DNA of 64,000 nucleotides, taken from contig MFEQ01000003.1 in assembly GCA_001777665.1 (NCBI GenBank), positions 11,258 through 75,257 of the forward strand, in the 5' to 3' direction. Source of the stretch: Candidatus Doudnabacteria bacterium RIFCSPHIGHO2_02_FULL_42_25. GTDB taxonomy: Bacteria; Patescibacteriota; Doudnabacteria; UBA920; O2-02-FULL-48-8. A model generated the notes under the pieces. That model was not told the DNA's origin and did no database searches. It saw nothing but the letters and a program-made list of their open reading frames with translations. The number at the start of each line of letters is the position of its first letter. Within the stretch, counting starts at the first letter, position 1. The translations under genes and the position numbers were made by a program. This document shows, piece after piece, positions 46,196 through 55,005 of this stretch.

Positions 46196-46224
46196 GAAAC
46201 CCCGCCTATTAGGCGGGGTTTTGC
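46196..46224 (+). terminator. rho-independent terminator gaaaccccgcctattaggcggggttttg
   Basis: 9-bp GC stem plus a T-run. Confidence 0.8.
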
Positions 46225-46242
46225 TAATGTTATAATTAGTTC

Positions 46243-47013
46243 ATGGCTAAAATTTTAGGAATTGATGTCGGGGGCACGAAAGTCGCGTCAGGAATAGTCA
46301 CCGATGGTTTGAACGTGGAAAATTTAGAGATAAATAAAACTTCACAAGTCGATTTGGTAGGCCAACTTCAAGATATCATACGCGATAAAGGTAGTTTTGA
46401 CGCGATTGGGCTCGCGATGCCGGGTCCTGTGCTTGCTGACGGGACAGTTATGAGGTTGCCCAATGTGCCGCAATTTCAGAAAAGTAATATTAAACAAATT
46501 TTAGAAAATCAATTCCATATTCCAGTGGCAGTCATGAATGATGCGAAGGCATTTGCTTTGGCGGAAAGTATAGTCGGGCAGGGCAAGGGTCATAATGTGG
46601 TGGCGGCTGCGGTCTTGGGTACAGGTATCGGAGTTGGGATCGTCATCAACAAACAAATTTATTTCGGGAAAGACGGAGTGGCTGGGGAACTTGAGCATGT
46701 GCAGTTGCTAGATGGGATGTTGTTTCGGGAGCACCGACATGCAGCAGGACCATTTGTAAAAGCAATTGATGCTAAAAAATATCTAAAGACTTTGTTGGAC
46801 ATGATCGTCCTTAGCTTCAATCCGGATATAATTGTTTTAAGTGGTGGCTGGTCGACACTGCCTGGAATGGAAGAGATGGCAAATGAGCTGACGAAAGGAG
46901 CTGGGAATTATGAGAGTCAAACTCCAGTTAAGATTTCTGAGCTAATGTATCCGTCTCTGATCGGAGCGGCTTTGATGGCCGAGCAAGGCCTGCCTGCCGG
47001 CAGGCAGGCTTGA
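46243..47013 (+). CDS. ROK-family sugar kinase/regulator-like protein
   Basis: ILGIDVGGTKVASGIV N-terminus and a glycine-rich ROK core. Confidence 0.75.
   Translation: MAKILGIDVGGTKVASGIVTDGLNVENLEINKTSQVDLVGQLQDIIRDKGSFDAIGLAMPGPVLADGTVMRLPNVPQFQKSNIKQILENQFHIPVAVMNDAKAFALAESIVGQGKGHNVVAAAVLGTGIGVGIVINKQIYFGKDGVAGELEHVQLLDGMLFREHRHAAGPFVKAIDAKKYLKTLLDMIVLSFNPDIIVLSGGWSTLPGMEEMANELTKGAGNYESQTPVKISELMYPSLIGAALMAEQGLPAGRQA
46989..47008. repeat. perfect 20-nt palindrome CCTGCCTGCCGGCAGGCAGG (copy 2 of 2), inside the ROK gene 3' end
   Basis: Identical to 15924-15943. Confidence 0.7.
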
Positions 47014-47047
47014 AGTAAAATCGAGTTAGCAATATAATAATATCCAC

Positions 47048-47122
47048 GCGCGTGTAGCTCAGCGGTAGAGCGATTGTCTTATACACAATTGGCCCCAGGT
47101 TCGAATCCTGGCACGCGCACCA
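47048..47122 (+). tRNA. tRNA-Ile(TAT)
   Basis: GCGCGTG/CACGCGC acceptor, discriminator A, CCA. Anticodon loop CTTATAC (UAU). T-arm CCAGGTTCGAATCCTGG. Confidence 0.8.
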
Positions 47123-47131
47123 GTGAAGTAA

Positions 47132-47794
47132 TACGAGGGTGACCCTCGTATTTTAGAATCCTTCGAAGTCGAAGGTTTTTTTAATTTCTTCATTTCGGTT
47201 CTGATGACTCATGACAAAGTCTTCATAGTGGGTTGTTGAGTTTTCAAACCAACTTAGTAGTATAGAACGATCGCAAATCGATTCAGGCGAGATACCTAAA
47301 ATTTCTTGAAAACTAGAGTATTCATATGTTTTGACATTAGAGGGGTTATTGTGAATATATGCTGAGAGGTATGAGGCATATTCACTGGTATCCACTAACT
47401 TGGCCTTAAATCTATCTTGAAATAAATTTCCAATACGAGAATATTTTTTATTTATATAGCATACATAGCTCGTGCATAACTTAAGAATTAGTTTATCAAT
47501 ATTTATCAAAGTATTTTGTTTGATAAGAAAATGGAAATGATTAGGCATGAGACAATATGCTAATATAGTGAATGTTCCTGGTGCAAATGGCTGAATTCTA
47601 GATTTACTTGGAGGCAATACTAACTTACCAAGAATAATTCTAAGGCGTTTTAGAAATTGAGTATAATCTTGATCATCAAAAAATATAAGTTGTTTATTAA
47701 CCCCACGATTGAAAATGTGATAATAATTACCAGCGCTAAATAGTTTATAGTCTCTGTATTGCATAAAATAAAGGGATACGAGGGTGACCCTCGT
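47132..47794 (-). mobile_element. REP - RAYT (IS200/IS605-type Y1 transposase) - REP unit
   Basis: Palindromes tacgagggtgaccctcgta at 47132-47150 and 47777-47794 bracket the transposase ORF. Confidence 0.7.
47153..47764 (-). CDS. REP-associated tyrosine transposase (IS200-like Y1 HUH transposase)
   Basis: HUH motif NHFHFLI. YHIFNRGVNKQLIFFDDQDY N-terminal region. Tyr-containing C-terminal helix (YVCYINKKYSRIGNLFQDRF). Confidence 0.75.
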   Translation of the reverse strand: MQYRDYKLFSAGNYYHIFNRGVNKQLIFFDDQDYTQFLKRLRIILGKLVLPPSKSRIQPFAPGTFTILAYCLMPNHFHFLIKQNTLINIDKLILKLCTSYVCYINKKYSRIGNLFQDRFKAKLVDTSEYASYLSAYIHNNPSNVKTYEYSSFQEILGISPESICDRSILLSWFENSTTHYEDFVMSHQNRNEEIKKTFDFEGF

Positions 47795-47797
47795 GGA

Positions 47798-49318
47798 TTA
47801 TTCGACTTTCGGCCGGTATTGAACTGCTTCGGCAAGGTGAGTGACTGTAATCGATTGAGCATCTTCTAAGTCAGCAATGGTTCGAGCGAGTTTCAAAACA
47901 CGATGGTATGACCGAGCAGAAAGATACATTTTTACTACAACAGCCTTCATGAATGCTTGTTCGGCTTCTCCTAGCTGGCAAAACTCTTTAATCTCTTTTA
48001 TCGTCATCTCCGAATTAGTTTTAAGACCTGGAAGATTTGAAAACCTCTTTGTTTGAATGTCCCGTGCTCGCTGAACACGTGATTGAACTTCCTCGGATGA
48101 TTCTCCACCAGCATCTGACGCTAATTTGTCATATTCAATCCGTCCTACTTCCACATGGAGATCAATTCGATCCATCATCGGACCCGAAATTTTCTTATGA
48201 TACTTCGCGATTTGTGATGGTGAACAAATACAAGGCTTAGTCGGATCAGAAAAATATCCGCAAGGACAAGGATTCTGTGCTGCGACCAAAGTAAACTGTG
48301 CAGGAAATTCTACGGTGGCAGCAGCCCTAGCCACAGTCACGACCCCGTCTTCCAAAGGCTGACGTAAATTTTCCAAAACTGATCGATTAAATTCTGGAAA
48401 CTCATCCATAAACAACACACCCCGGTGAGCCAGCGATATCTCTCCAGGTTTCGGATTAGAACCTCCTCCAACCAAAGCCACTGAAGAAGAGCTGTGATGA
48501 GGACTCCGAAAAGGTCTCATCGTGATCATAGTTTTGTTTAAATTGAGCAACCCAGCTACACTATAGATTTTTGTAATTTCTAAAACCTCATCGACTGTCG
48601 GTTTGGGTAGAATCGAGGGCAGCGCCTTGGCCAACAATGTCTTACCAGTCCCCGGAGGACCAGAAAGCAGAACATTGTGTCCACCCGAAGCGGCAATCTC
48701 CAAAGCGCGTTTAGCAGATTCCTGGCCTTTGATCAATTTCAGGTCAAAAATCTCTTTCGGGGTACTTAGAATCTCTTCCCAATCAATTGCTTGGATGGGT
48801 TTTATCTTTATCAAATTCTGTAAGTACCCGATTACTTCGTATAAATTTTTTATAGGAATGATCGTGATTCCAGAAACCAGGCTCGCCTCTCTGCTATTTT
48901 CTTTTGGTACAAAAACTTTTTTAAATCCTTGCTCTTTCGCTGACAGCAACATTGAAAGCACTCCTGAAACTGCTCTGACACTACCGTCCAGAGCCAACTC
49001 ACCAAGAAATATTTTATCTTTTGGTTCAAAAAATATTTGACCAGAATTCAGTAAAATTGAAAGTGCAATGGGTAAATCATAATGCGTCCCATTTTTGGGT
49101 AGATCGGCTGGTGCTAGGTTAATGGCAACATGAGACCTGGGGAAAATTGCATTGGAATTTTTAATCGCAGACTTTACGCGTTCTTTCGCTTCTTGGACTG
49201 CGGTATCTGGTAACCCGACAATTATCGTTTTCGGTAACCCTCCCGAAATATCAACCTCAACCTCTATCGGAGCTGCGTCTAATCCTACTAAAGCAGTAGC
49301 ATAAACTTTCGCTGGCAT
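47798..49318 (-). CDS. comM: YifB/ComM family Mg-chelatase-like AAA+ ATPase
   Basis: ChlI-like N-terminal domain, Walker A SGPPGTGKT, and a C-terminal Mg_chelatase_C region. Confidence 0.85.
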   Translation of the reverse strand: MPAKVYATALVGLDAAPIEVEVDISGGLPKTIIVGLPDTAVQEAKERVKSAIKNSNAIFPRSHVAINLAPADLPKNGTHYDLPIALSILLNSGQIFFEPKDKIFLGELALDGSVRAVSGVLSMLLSAKEQGFKKVFVPKENSREASLVSGITIIPIKNLYEVIGYLQNLIKIKPIQAIDWEEILSTPKEIFDLKLIKGQESAKRALEIAASGGHNVLLSGPPGTGKTLLAKALPSILPKPTVDEVLEITKIYSVAGLLNLNKTMITMRPFRSPHHSSSSVALVGGGSNPKPGEISLAHRGVLFMDEFPEFNRSVLENLRQPLEDGVVTVARAAATVEFPAQFTLVAAQNPCPCGYFSDPTKPCICSPSQIAKYHKKISGPMMDRIDLHVEVGRIEYDKLASDAGGESSEEVQSRVQRARDIQTKRFSNLPGLKTNSEMTIKEIKEFCQLGEAEQAFMKAVVVKMYLSARSYHRVLKLARTIADLEDAQSITVTHLAEAVQYRPKVE

Positions 49319-49367
49319 AAATTTATCTTATATAAAAGCCCCGCACTCCGACGAACAGGGCTTTCGC

Positions 49368-49598
49368 TTAGTTATTCTGTTTACTCATGAACCCCATAAC
49401 ATCTTCTAACGCTTTCGTAAACTCACCTACTTCGCTTTCGAAAACATTGAGATAGCTTTTCTTTCTCTCTTCCCCATTTAATTCTGATTGGGTAATTTTC
49501 AGAAATGGTTTGGCATTTTTAGCCGATTTCACATCGAAAAAATATGTTCGACGGCCGGCTGAAACTTTGGTAGAGAAAAGTGCTGGTGCAAATTCCAT
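49368..49598 (-). CDS. DUF3276/PUR-like small nucleic-acid-binding protein
   Basis: YFFDVKSAKNAKPFLKITQSE segment. Confidence 0.45.
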   Translation of the reverse strand: MEFAPALFSTKVSAGRRTYFFDVKSAKNAKPFLKITQSELNGEERKKSYLNVFESEVGEFTKALEDVMGFMSKQNN

Positions 49599-49603
49599 AT
49601 GTT

Positions 49604-49792
49604 TTATACTCTAATTACTGTTAACAATCCGTTGAATCTATCATTAACGATCAGTGGGACTCCAGACAGTCTAGCCACTTCTGTAACTATTGGTTGCAGT
49701 CGGCAGTTGTGGCTTACCTCATTAGTGCAGTGCGCACACAAACCCTTTAACTGACTAATGATGGTATATTTTTGTTGTTCAAATTCGCTCAT
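49604..49792 (-). CDS. hypothetical small protein downstream of lexA
   Basis: 62 aa, Cys/His-containing (CAHCTNEVSHNC). Overlaps the lexA stop region. Confidence 0.3.
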   Translation of the reverse strand: MSEFEQQKYTIISQLKGLCAHCTNEVSHNCRLQPIVTEVARLSGVPLIVNDRFNGLLTVIRV

Positions 49793-49793
49793 A

Positions 49794-50408
49794 TTACTCT
49801 AGCCTTCTAATGACTCCGATTACTTTCCCCTGAATCGACCATTCATGTTCAGGGTATATATTAGGATATTCCTTATTTTCTGCTTTTAGATAAAACTTTC
49901 CTTCTTTCTTTACCAGTCGTTTAACTGTAGCTTCGTCTTCGAGAAGTGCGACGACGATGTCATTGATGTCTGCAATTTTTTGTTGTTTGACCAAAACCAA
50001 ATCTCCATTCAAAATTCCAGCATCCTTCATACTCATTCCCTGAACTTTGAGTAAGAACACATCTTTTCGTCCTCGGACTAAACTTACTGGGAGATTTAAC
50101 CAATCCTCTATCTGTTCTTCGGCTAGCATCGGCAGTCCAGCTGTGATGCGTCCCAACACCGGAAGACTAACCATCCCAAGTCCGATGGGGTCCCCTTCTG
50201 GATTGAGAACTTCTATTCCTCGAGCTTTACTCGATCTGCGGATATAACCCTTATCTTCCAAAACCCGAAGTAATTTTGCCACTGCATTTTTTGATTTGAG
50301 TTTGAGGCTCCTGGCCATTTCTGAAAAAGAGGGAGGTAAGCCTTTGTCTTGAATTTCATGCTGAAGTAGTTCTAATAATTGTTTTTGCTTAGGAGTAAGT
50401 TCATTCAT
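49794..50408 (-). CDS. lexA: LexA repressor
   Basis: N-terminal wHTH. Ser (VQGMSMKDAGI) and Lys (ATVKRL) catalytic dyad context. Confidence 0.85.
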   Translation of the reverse strand: MNELTPKQKQLLELLQHEIQDKGLPPSFSEMARSLKLKSKNAVAKLLRVLEDKGYIRRSSKARGIEVLNPEGDPIGLGMVSLPVLGRITAGLPMLAEEQIEDWLNLPVSLVRGRKDVFLLKVQGMSMKDAGILNGDLVLVKQQKIADINDIVVALLEDEATVKRLVKKEGKFYLKAENKEYPNIYPEHEWSIQGKVIGVIRRLE

Positions 50409-50556
50409 AGTATTCCGGAGGATTTCGAAGGAATCAGTAGACTCGGGGCGGCTTCCTCACCCACCAACTCCTTCGTTTTTGTCATCCGTATAAGTAATGG
50501 TATACGATCGTTCACCTATTGTCAAGATAGGGAATTCTTTAGAAAAATTCAAAGGA

Positions 50557-50586
50557 TTGATTAGTTATTCACAGTCGAGCTATAAT
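50557..50586 (+). promoter_or_regulatory. promoter TTGATT-18-TATAAT upstream of galU
   Basis: -10 ends 9 nt before ggag and ATG 50596. Confidence 0.5.
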
Positions 50587-50595
50587 ATTGGAGTT

Positions 50596-51471
50596 ATGAT
50601 AAACGCTAAAAAAGTACGTAAGGCGGTTATTCCTGCCGCTGGGTTTGGAACTAGATTTCTTCCAGCCACTAAGGCCCAACCCAAAGAAATGTTACCGATT
50701 GTTGATAAACCGGTTATTCAATATGTAGTAGAGCAAGCGGTAGCAGCTGGAATTGAACAAATTGTGATCGTCACAGGTTGGCATAAACGAGCAATCGAGG
50801 ATCACTTCGATCGTCATTTTGAATTGGAAGCGAGATTAGAAAAAGACGGGAAAATTGAACAATTGCAATCAATAAAAAAGATTTCCGATTTAGCTGATTT
50901 TGTTTATGTTAGGCAAAAAGAAGCGTTGGGGAATGGCCATGCAGTACTCATGGCAAAAGATATAATTGGTAACGAACCTTTCGTTGTCATGTGGGGTGAT
51001 GAATTTTTTGAGGCAGATCCACCATCTTTGAAGCAATTAATTTCAGTTTATGAACAAACTGGTTCGCCAGTCATAGCTGGAATAAAAGTTGATAAAGCTG
51101 ACGTATCACGTTATGGAATCGGAAAAGTTACGAATATAAAAGACAATTTATTCAAGCTGCATGAAATAGTCGAAAAACCGACCCCGGAAGAAGCCCCTTC
51201 TAACTTGGCAGTTCATGGCAATTATCTATTTACTCCGGATATTTTTGATATGCTCAAAGATTTAAAACCATCTAAGAGTGGAGAGATTTGGCAAGTTGAT
51301 GCAATTAATAAACTTGCAGCACAAAAAGATGTTCATGTTCTGGAGTTAAAAAATTCCCACTACTATGATTGCGGGAATAAATTAGGATACCTCAAAGCTG
51401 TCGTAGAGTTTGGACTCAAACACGATGATCTTCGGGATGAATTTGCCGAATACCTCAGAAATATTGTATAA
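50596..51471 (+). CDS. galU: UTP--glucose-1-phosphate uridylyltransferase
   Basis: AVIPAAGFGTRFLPATKAQPKEMLPIVDKPVIQY signature. ATG preceded by a ggag SD. Confidence 0.85.
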   Translation: MINAKKVRKAVIPAAGFGTRFLPATKAQPKEMLPIVDKPVIQYVVEQAVAAGIEQIVIVTGWHKRAIEDHFDRHFELEARLEKDGKIEQLQSIKKISDLADFVYVRQKEALGNGHAVLMAKDIIGNEPFVVMWGDEFFEADPPSLKQLISVYEQTGSPVIAGIKVDKADVSRYGIGKVTNIKDNLFKLHEIVEKPTPEEAPSNLAVHGNYLFTPDIFDMLKDLKPSKSGEIWQVDAINKLAAQKDVHVLELKNSHYYDCGNKLGYLKAVVEFGLKHDDLRDEFAEYLRNIV

Positions 51472-51515
51472 TACAGGTAGTAAAAATTGATTTTTTCTGA
51501 CACAAACATTAAAAC

Positions 51516-52814
51516 ATGGATCGCAAATATATCCTCATAGGCGGAATTGGAGTCCTGCTATTAATTCTAATAATAGTTGCAGTTTTTGCGTTCTCAGGCG
51601 ATTCAAAAAATAATCAACCAACGAACGAAAATATCGAACTGATTTGGTGGAAACCATTTGAGGATTCCCAGAATGTTCAGGAATTAATTAACAATTACCA
51701 GCAATTACATGGAAACGTTCAAATAAAGTATGTCAAGAAAGATTCAGCGGAATATGAGAATGAGCTCCTAAAAGCAATTGCCACCGGGAATGCTCCAGAC
51801 ATTTTTTCGATACACAACGATTGGTTGCCAGCTTATGAAAGTATAATTGCACCAGCACCAGAATCCCTGATTAGTCCTAAGGCATACAAAGATAATTTTG
51901 CTGATGTAGCCTATAATGATTTTGTGAAGGGCAATCGAATTTACGGCGTACCATTATCGATTGATGCCTTGGCTCTGTTTTATAACAAAGACATTTTGGG
52001 TTCGGCAGGATTACTTCCTCCGACAACGTGGCCAGAATTGGTAAATATGGTGCCAAAGCTGACCCAAGTTTCGAAAACTGGAGTTTTTGCGCAATCGGGT
52101 GTAGCGCTGGGAACTTCGGAGAATGTTAACCGCGGTGTGGATATTTTGACTTTGATGATGCTCCAAAACGGCACGAAATTTTATTCCGATGATTTCACAT
52201 CTGCAGAATTTGATCAATCACAGGAAGATTTTAATCCAGGCGTCTATGCTCTAACTCTCTACACACAGTTTGCCAATCCATCGAAGCAATCGTATAGTTG
52301 GAATGTCCGAAATGATCAAAGTGTTGACGCCTTTACCCAAGGCAAACTGGCGATGATGCTGGCGTATCAATATTTGCAGCCATTGATCAAAGCTAAAGCT
52401 CCAAATTTGGGCTGGGATACTGCCCCTGTTCCTCAAATCAGTCCGGAGGTTTTGAAAGTTAACTTTGCGAATTATTGGGGAGAAGCTGTCACCAGCGCTT
52501 CCAAAAATCAAGCCGCGGCTTGGGATTTTCTGAATTTTATCACTTCCAAGGAGGAATTGGAAAAGTATTACGCTAAACATAAAGTACCAGCATCAAGAAA
52601 AGATATATTGCCGCAGCAACAAGGGGATGCTGATATAGGAGTATTTGCCGAAGCCATCTTCACAGCCAAAAGTGTTTACAAAAAGGACGCCCGTATTTAC
52701 GAAGGTGTATTTAAAACAATGATTGATAGTGTGGTACTGAATGGGGTCCCGATCGATGATGCTCTACGAAATGCCGCGGAACAAATCAATCTTAATTTAA
52801 GAAAAAATGAATAG
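51516..52814 (+). CDS. membrane-anchored ABC-transporter solute-binding protein (SBP family 1), orphan
   Basis: N-terminal TM anchor and an SBP_bac_1-like fold. No permease or ATPase genes adjacent. Confidence 0.7.
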   Translation: MDRKYILIGGIGVLLLILIIVAVFAFSGDSKNNQPTNENIELIWWKPFEDSQNVQELINNYQQLHGNVQIKYVKKDSAEYENELLKAIATGNAPDIFSIHNDWLPAYESIIAPAPESLISPKAYKDNFADVAYNDFVKGNRIYGVPLSIDALALFYNKDILGSAGLLPPTTWPELVNMVPKLTQVSKTGVFAQSGVALGTSENVNRGVDILTLMMLQNGTKFYSDDFTSAEFDQSQEDFNPGVYALTLYTQFANPSKQSYSWNVRNDQSVDAFTQGKLAMMLAYQYLQPLIKAKAPNLGWDTAPVPQISPEVLKVNFANYWGEAVTSASKNQAAAWDFLNFITSKEELEKYYAKHKVPASRKDILPQQQGDADIGVFAEAIFTAKSVYKKDARIYEGVFKTMIDSVVLNGVPIDDALRNAAEQINLNLRKNE

Positions 52815-53238
52815 AACTAAATTAAATATTATTTTTGGTATGGTTATTCTGGGGTTAGCCATTGCACCCATAGCTTCAGCCGCATTGGTCACATGTGGTG
52901 GTAATAATCCAGAGGTATCTTCAAAAGCATGCGAATTGGGAGATTTAATTCAGACTTTACGATTAATAGTAAATACTTTGTTGTCGTGGGCTTGGTTAGT
53001 TTGTATCTTGTTTATTGTCTATGCGGGTATTCGAATGGTGACTTCGCGTGGTAATGATGAAGAGGTGAGTAATGCCAAAACAATTCTAACTAATGCCATC
53101 CTGGGATTTCTTGTCATTTTGCTGTCATTTGTTTTGGTAAATTTCTTAGTCGGATTACTTACGGGTTCGGGTGGATTTAATCCTGGAGCAATTTTTGATG
53201 CTTTTCAACTAGTTCCATCAAGTAGCTCAAAACCATGA
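52807..53238 (+). CDS. TrbC/VirB2-like (T4SS-type) pilin paralog 1
   Basis: Signal peptide, Cys pair (VTCGG...ACELGD), TM1, loop YAGIRMVTSRGNDEEVSNAK, TM2. Confidence 0.6.
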   Translation: MNRTKLNIIFGMVILGLAIAPIASAALVTCGGNNPEVSSKACELGDLIQTLRLIVNTLLSWAWLVCILFIVYAGIRMVTSRGNDEEVSNAKTILTNAILGFLVILLSFVLVNFLVGLLTGSGGFNPGAIFDAFQLVPSSSSKP

Positions 53239-53822
53239 TTAACTATTTAATTTTAGCTCAAACTGCCAACACAATTTGCAACAACACAGTCGATAAACTT
53301 TGCAATCCCGTTAAAGTTGCAACTTTGCCACTGTTTATTTCCAAGATTTTGATTGCCGCCGGTGCCGTTGTCGGTGTACTCACGATAATAATGGTGGTGT
53401 ATAGCGGTACGAGAATGATTCTTTCTCAAGGAAATGAAGAGGACGTTACAAAAGCAAAAAGTTCTTTGCAATGGAGTATTTCAGGTTTTGTTCTAACACT
53501 GTTTGCTTACATTATTGTTTATGCAGTAAGTGGATTTTTCCAAACCAGACCTTTTGGAGCCAATCCAGGGCAAATAGAAAATCCACTTCAGAGTCCAGAC
53601 ATATTCTCTCTGATTCAAACCGTGCTAACTAGTTTTCTGGGAGTCGTCGGATTATTGGCGATACTGTTTATAATCATTAATGGGTTTCGATACATCACCT
53701 CCAGAGGGAATGAGGAGCAATCAGGTCAAGCTAAACAAGGTTTAACCTGGTCAGTATTAGGATTAATTGTTAGTCTTTTGGCTTACGTGATTGTGGCGGC
53801 AACCGCTAACTTTTTTAAATAA
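53235..53822 (+). CDS. TrbC/VirB2-like pilin paralog 2 (two fused pilin modules)
   Basis: Loops YSGTRMILSQGNEEDVTKAK and INGFRYITSRGNEEQSGQAK, each between hydrophobic helices. Confidence 0.6.
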   Translation: MINYLILAQTANTICNNTVDKLCNPVKVATLPLFISKILIAAGAVVGVLTIIMVVYSGTRMILSQGNEEDVTKAKSSLQWSISGFVLTLFAYIIVYAVSGFFQTRPFGANPGQIENPLQSPDIFSLIQTVLTSFLGVVGLLAILFIIINGFRYITSRGNEEQSGQAKQGLTWSVLGLIVSLLAYVIVAATANFFK

Positions 53823-53828
53823 AATTAT

Positions 53829-54212
53829 ATGAAACAATTATTTATAAGTTTAGTTTTGGTGACTATTCTGATGGTTCCTTTATTTAGTGTAAATGCACAG
53901 GTATGCGATACGACTAAGCCAGTTACTAGTGCCGTTTGCAACCCAGCTCCTGGTTGGTTTATTTCATACCAGGATAACAGCGTAAGAGGTGTGATAACTA
54001 TGATTATCCAGTTTCTGTTACTGATTGTCGGACTTGTAGCTATCGCCTTTATTATTTATGGCGGTTTCCAGTTTATTACTTCGAGAGGGGACGAAGAGCA
54101 GGCCACCGCTGGTAAAAGAACCTTGACTAATGCTATAATAGGTCTAGTAATAGTTATCCTGTCCTATATAATAGTAGCCGTAATAGTAAATGCCCTGAAA
54201 GGGAGTGCTTAA
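53829..54212 (+). CDS. TrbC/VirB2-like pilin paralog 3
   Basis: Signal peptide, Cys pair, and loop YGGFQFITSRGDEEQATAGK. Confidence 0.6.
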   Translation: MKQLFISLVLVTILMVPLFSVNAQVCDTTKPVTSAVCNPAPGWFISYQDNSVRGVITMIIQFLLLIVGLVAIAFIIYGGFQFITSRGDEEQATAGKRTLTNAIIGLVIVILSYIIVAVIVNALKGSA

Positions 54213-54258
54213 TTAACAAAACTATTAAAAGGTCGAAGAATATTAAGAAAGGACTTAT

Positions 54259-54630
54259 ATGAAAAAAATATCAACATCTAAAATTGCTTCAATTGTGATG
54301 GTTGCCTTCGTTTTGACTATGGCTATCGCCCCGGTCGGATCAGCTGCGTGGGTAAATCCACAATGTACTGGTACTGGACTGCCATGTCAAACATCTATTA
54401 CGGATTTCATCATGAACATCATCAACATTGCTTTAACTGTTGCTGGTTTGATCGCAGTGTTGTTCCTGATCATTGGTGGTTTCCGCTACATCACATCTGC
54501 GGGCAATGAAGAAACAGCGGAGAACGCGAAGAAGATTATCATCAATGCCATTATCGGTATTGTGATAATCATTCTCTCATTCGTGATTGTCAGAGTGATC
54601 TCTGAAGCTTTGGTAAGAGGTAATACTTAA
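54259..54630 (+). CDS. TrbC/VirB2-like pilin paralog 4
   Basis: Signal peptide, Cys pair (QCTGTGLPC), and loop IGGFRYITSAGNEETAENAKK. Confidence 0.6.
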   Translation: MKKISTSKIASIVMVAFVLTMAIAPVGSAAWVNPQCTGTGLPCQTSITDFIMNIINIALTVAGLIAVLFLIIGGFRYITSAGNEETAENAKKIIINAIIGIVIIILSFVIVRVISEALVRGNT

Positions 54631-54641
54631 ACCAACATTTC

Positions 54642-54986
54642 ATGAGTAGAATTAAATACATCTCGTTAATATTATTGTCTTTACCATCTGTTGCATTTGC
54701 GCAGATTATTCCGGATCGAATTCCAGGACTGCCTGGAGATCAGTATAGTACAGTTTCCAATGCATTAACTGAAATCATCCAAACAGTTTTAGTTGTGGTC
54801 GGCCTGATAGCTGTCGCATTTTTGATATACGGTGGGTTCCGTTATATCACATCTGCTGGAAACGAAGAGACTGCGGAATCAGCAAAAAAGACAATCCAAA
54901 ACGCTATTATAGGGCTAGTAGTTATTATTTTGTCTTATATAATAGTAGTGGTTATATCGAACGCTCTACTTACAAGCGATATATAA
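54642..54986 (+). CDS. TrbC/VirB2-like pilin paralog 5
   Basis: Signal peptide and loop YGGFRYITSAGNEETAESAKK. Confidence 0.6.
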   Translation: MSRIKYISLILLSLPSVAFAQIIPDRIPGLPGDQYSTVSNALTEIIQTVLVVVGLIAVAFLIYGGFRYITSAGNEETAESAKKTIQNAIIGLVVIILSYIIVVVISNALLTSDI

Positions 54987-55005
54987 TTCCGAAATAAAAA
55001 AAGAG

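Noticed and set aside
50497-50595. N-terminal 33-aa extension of galU from the first ATG
   Set aside because: It would start inside the galU promoter. The conserved GalU N-terminus begins at the ATG at 50596, which has a ggag SD.
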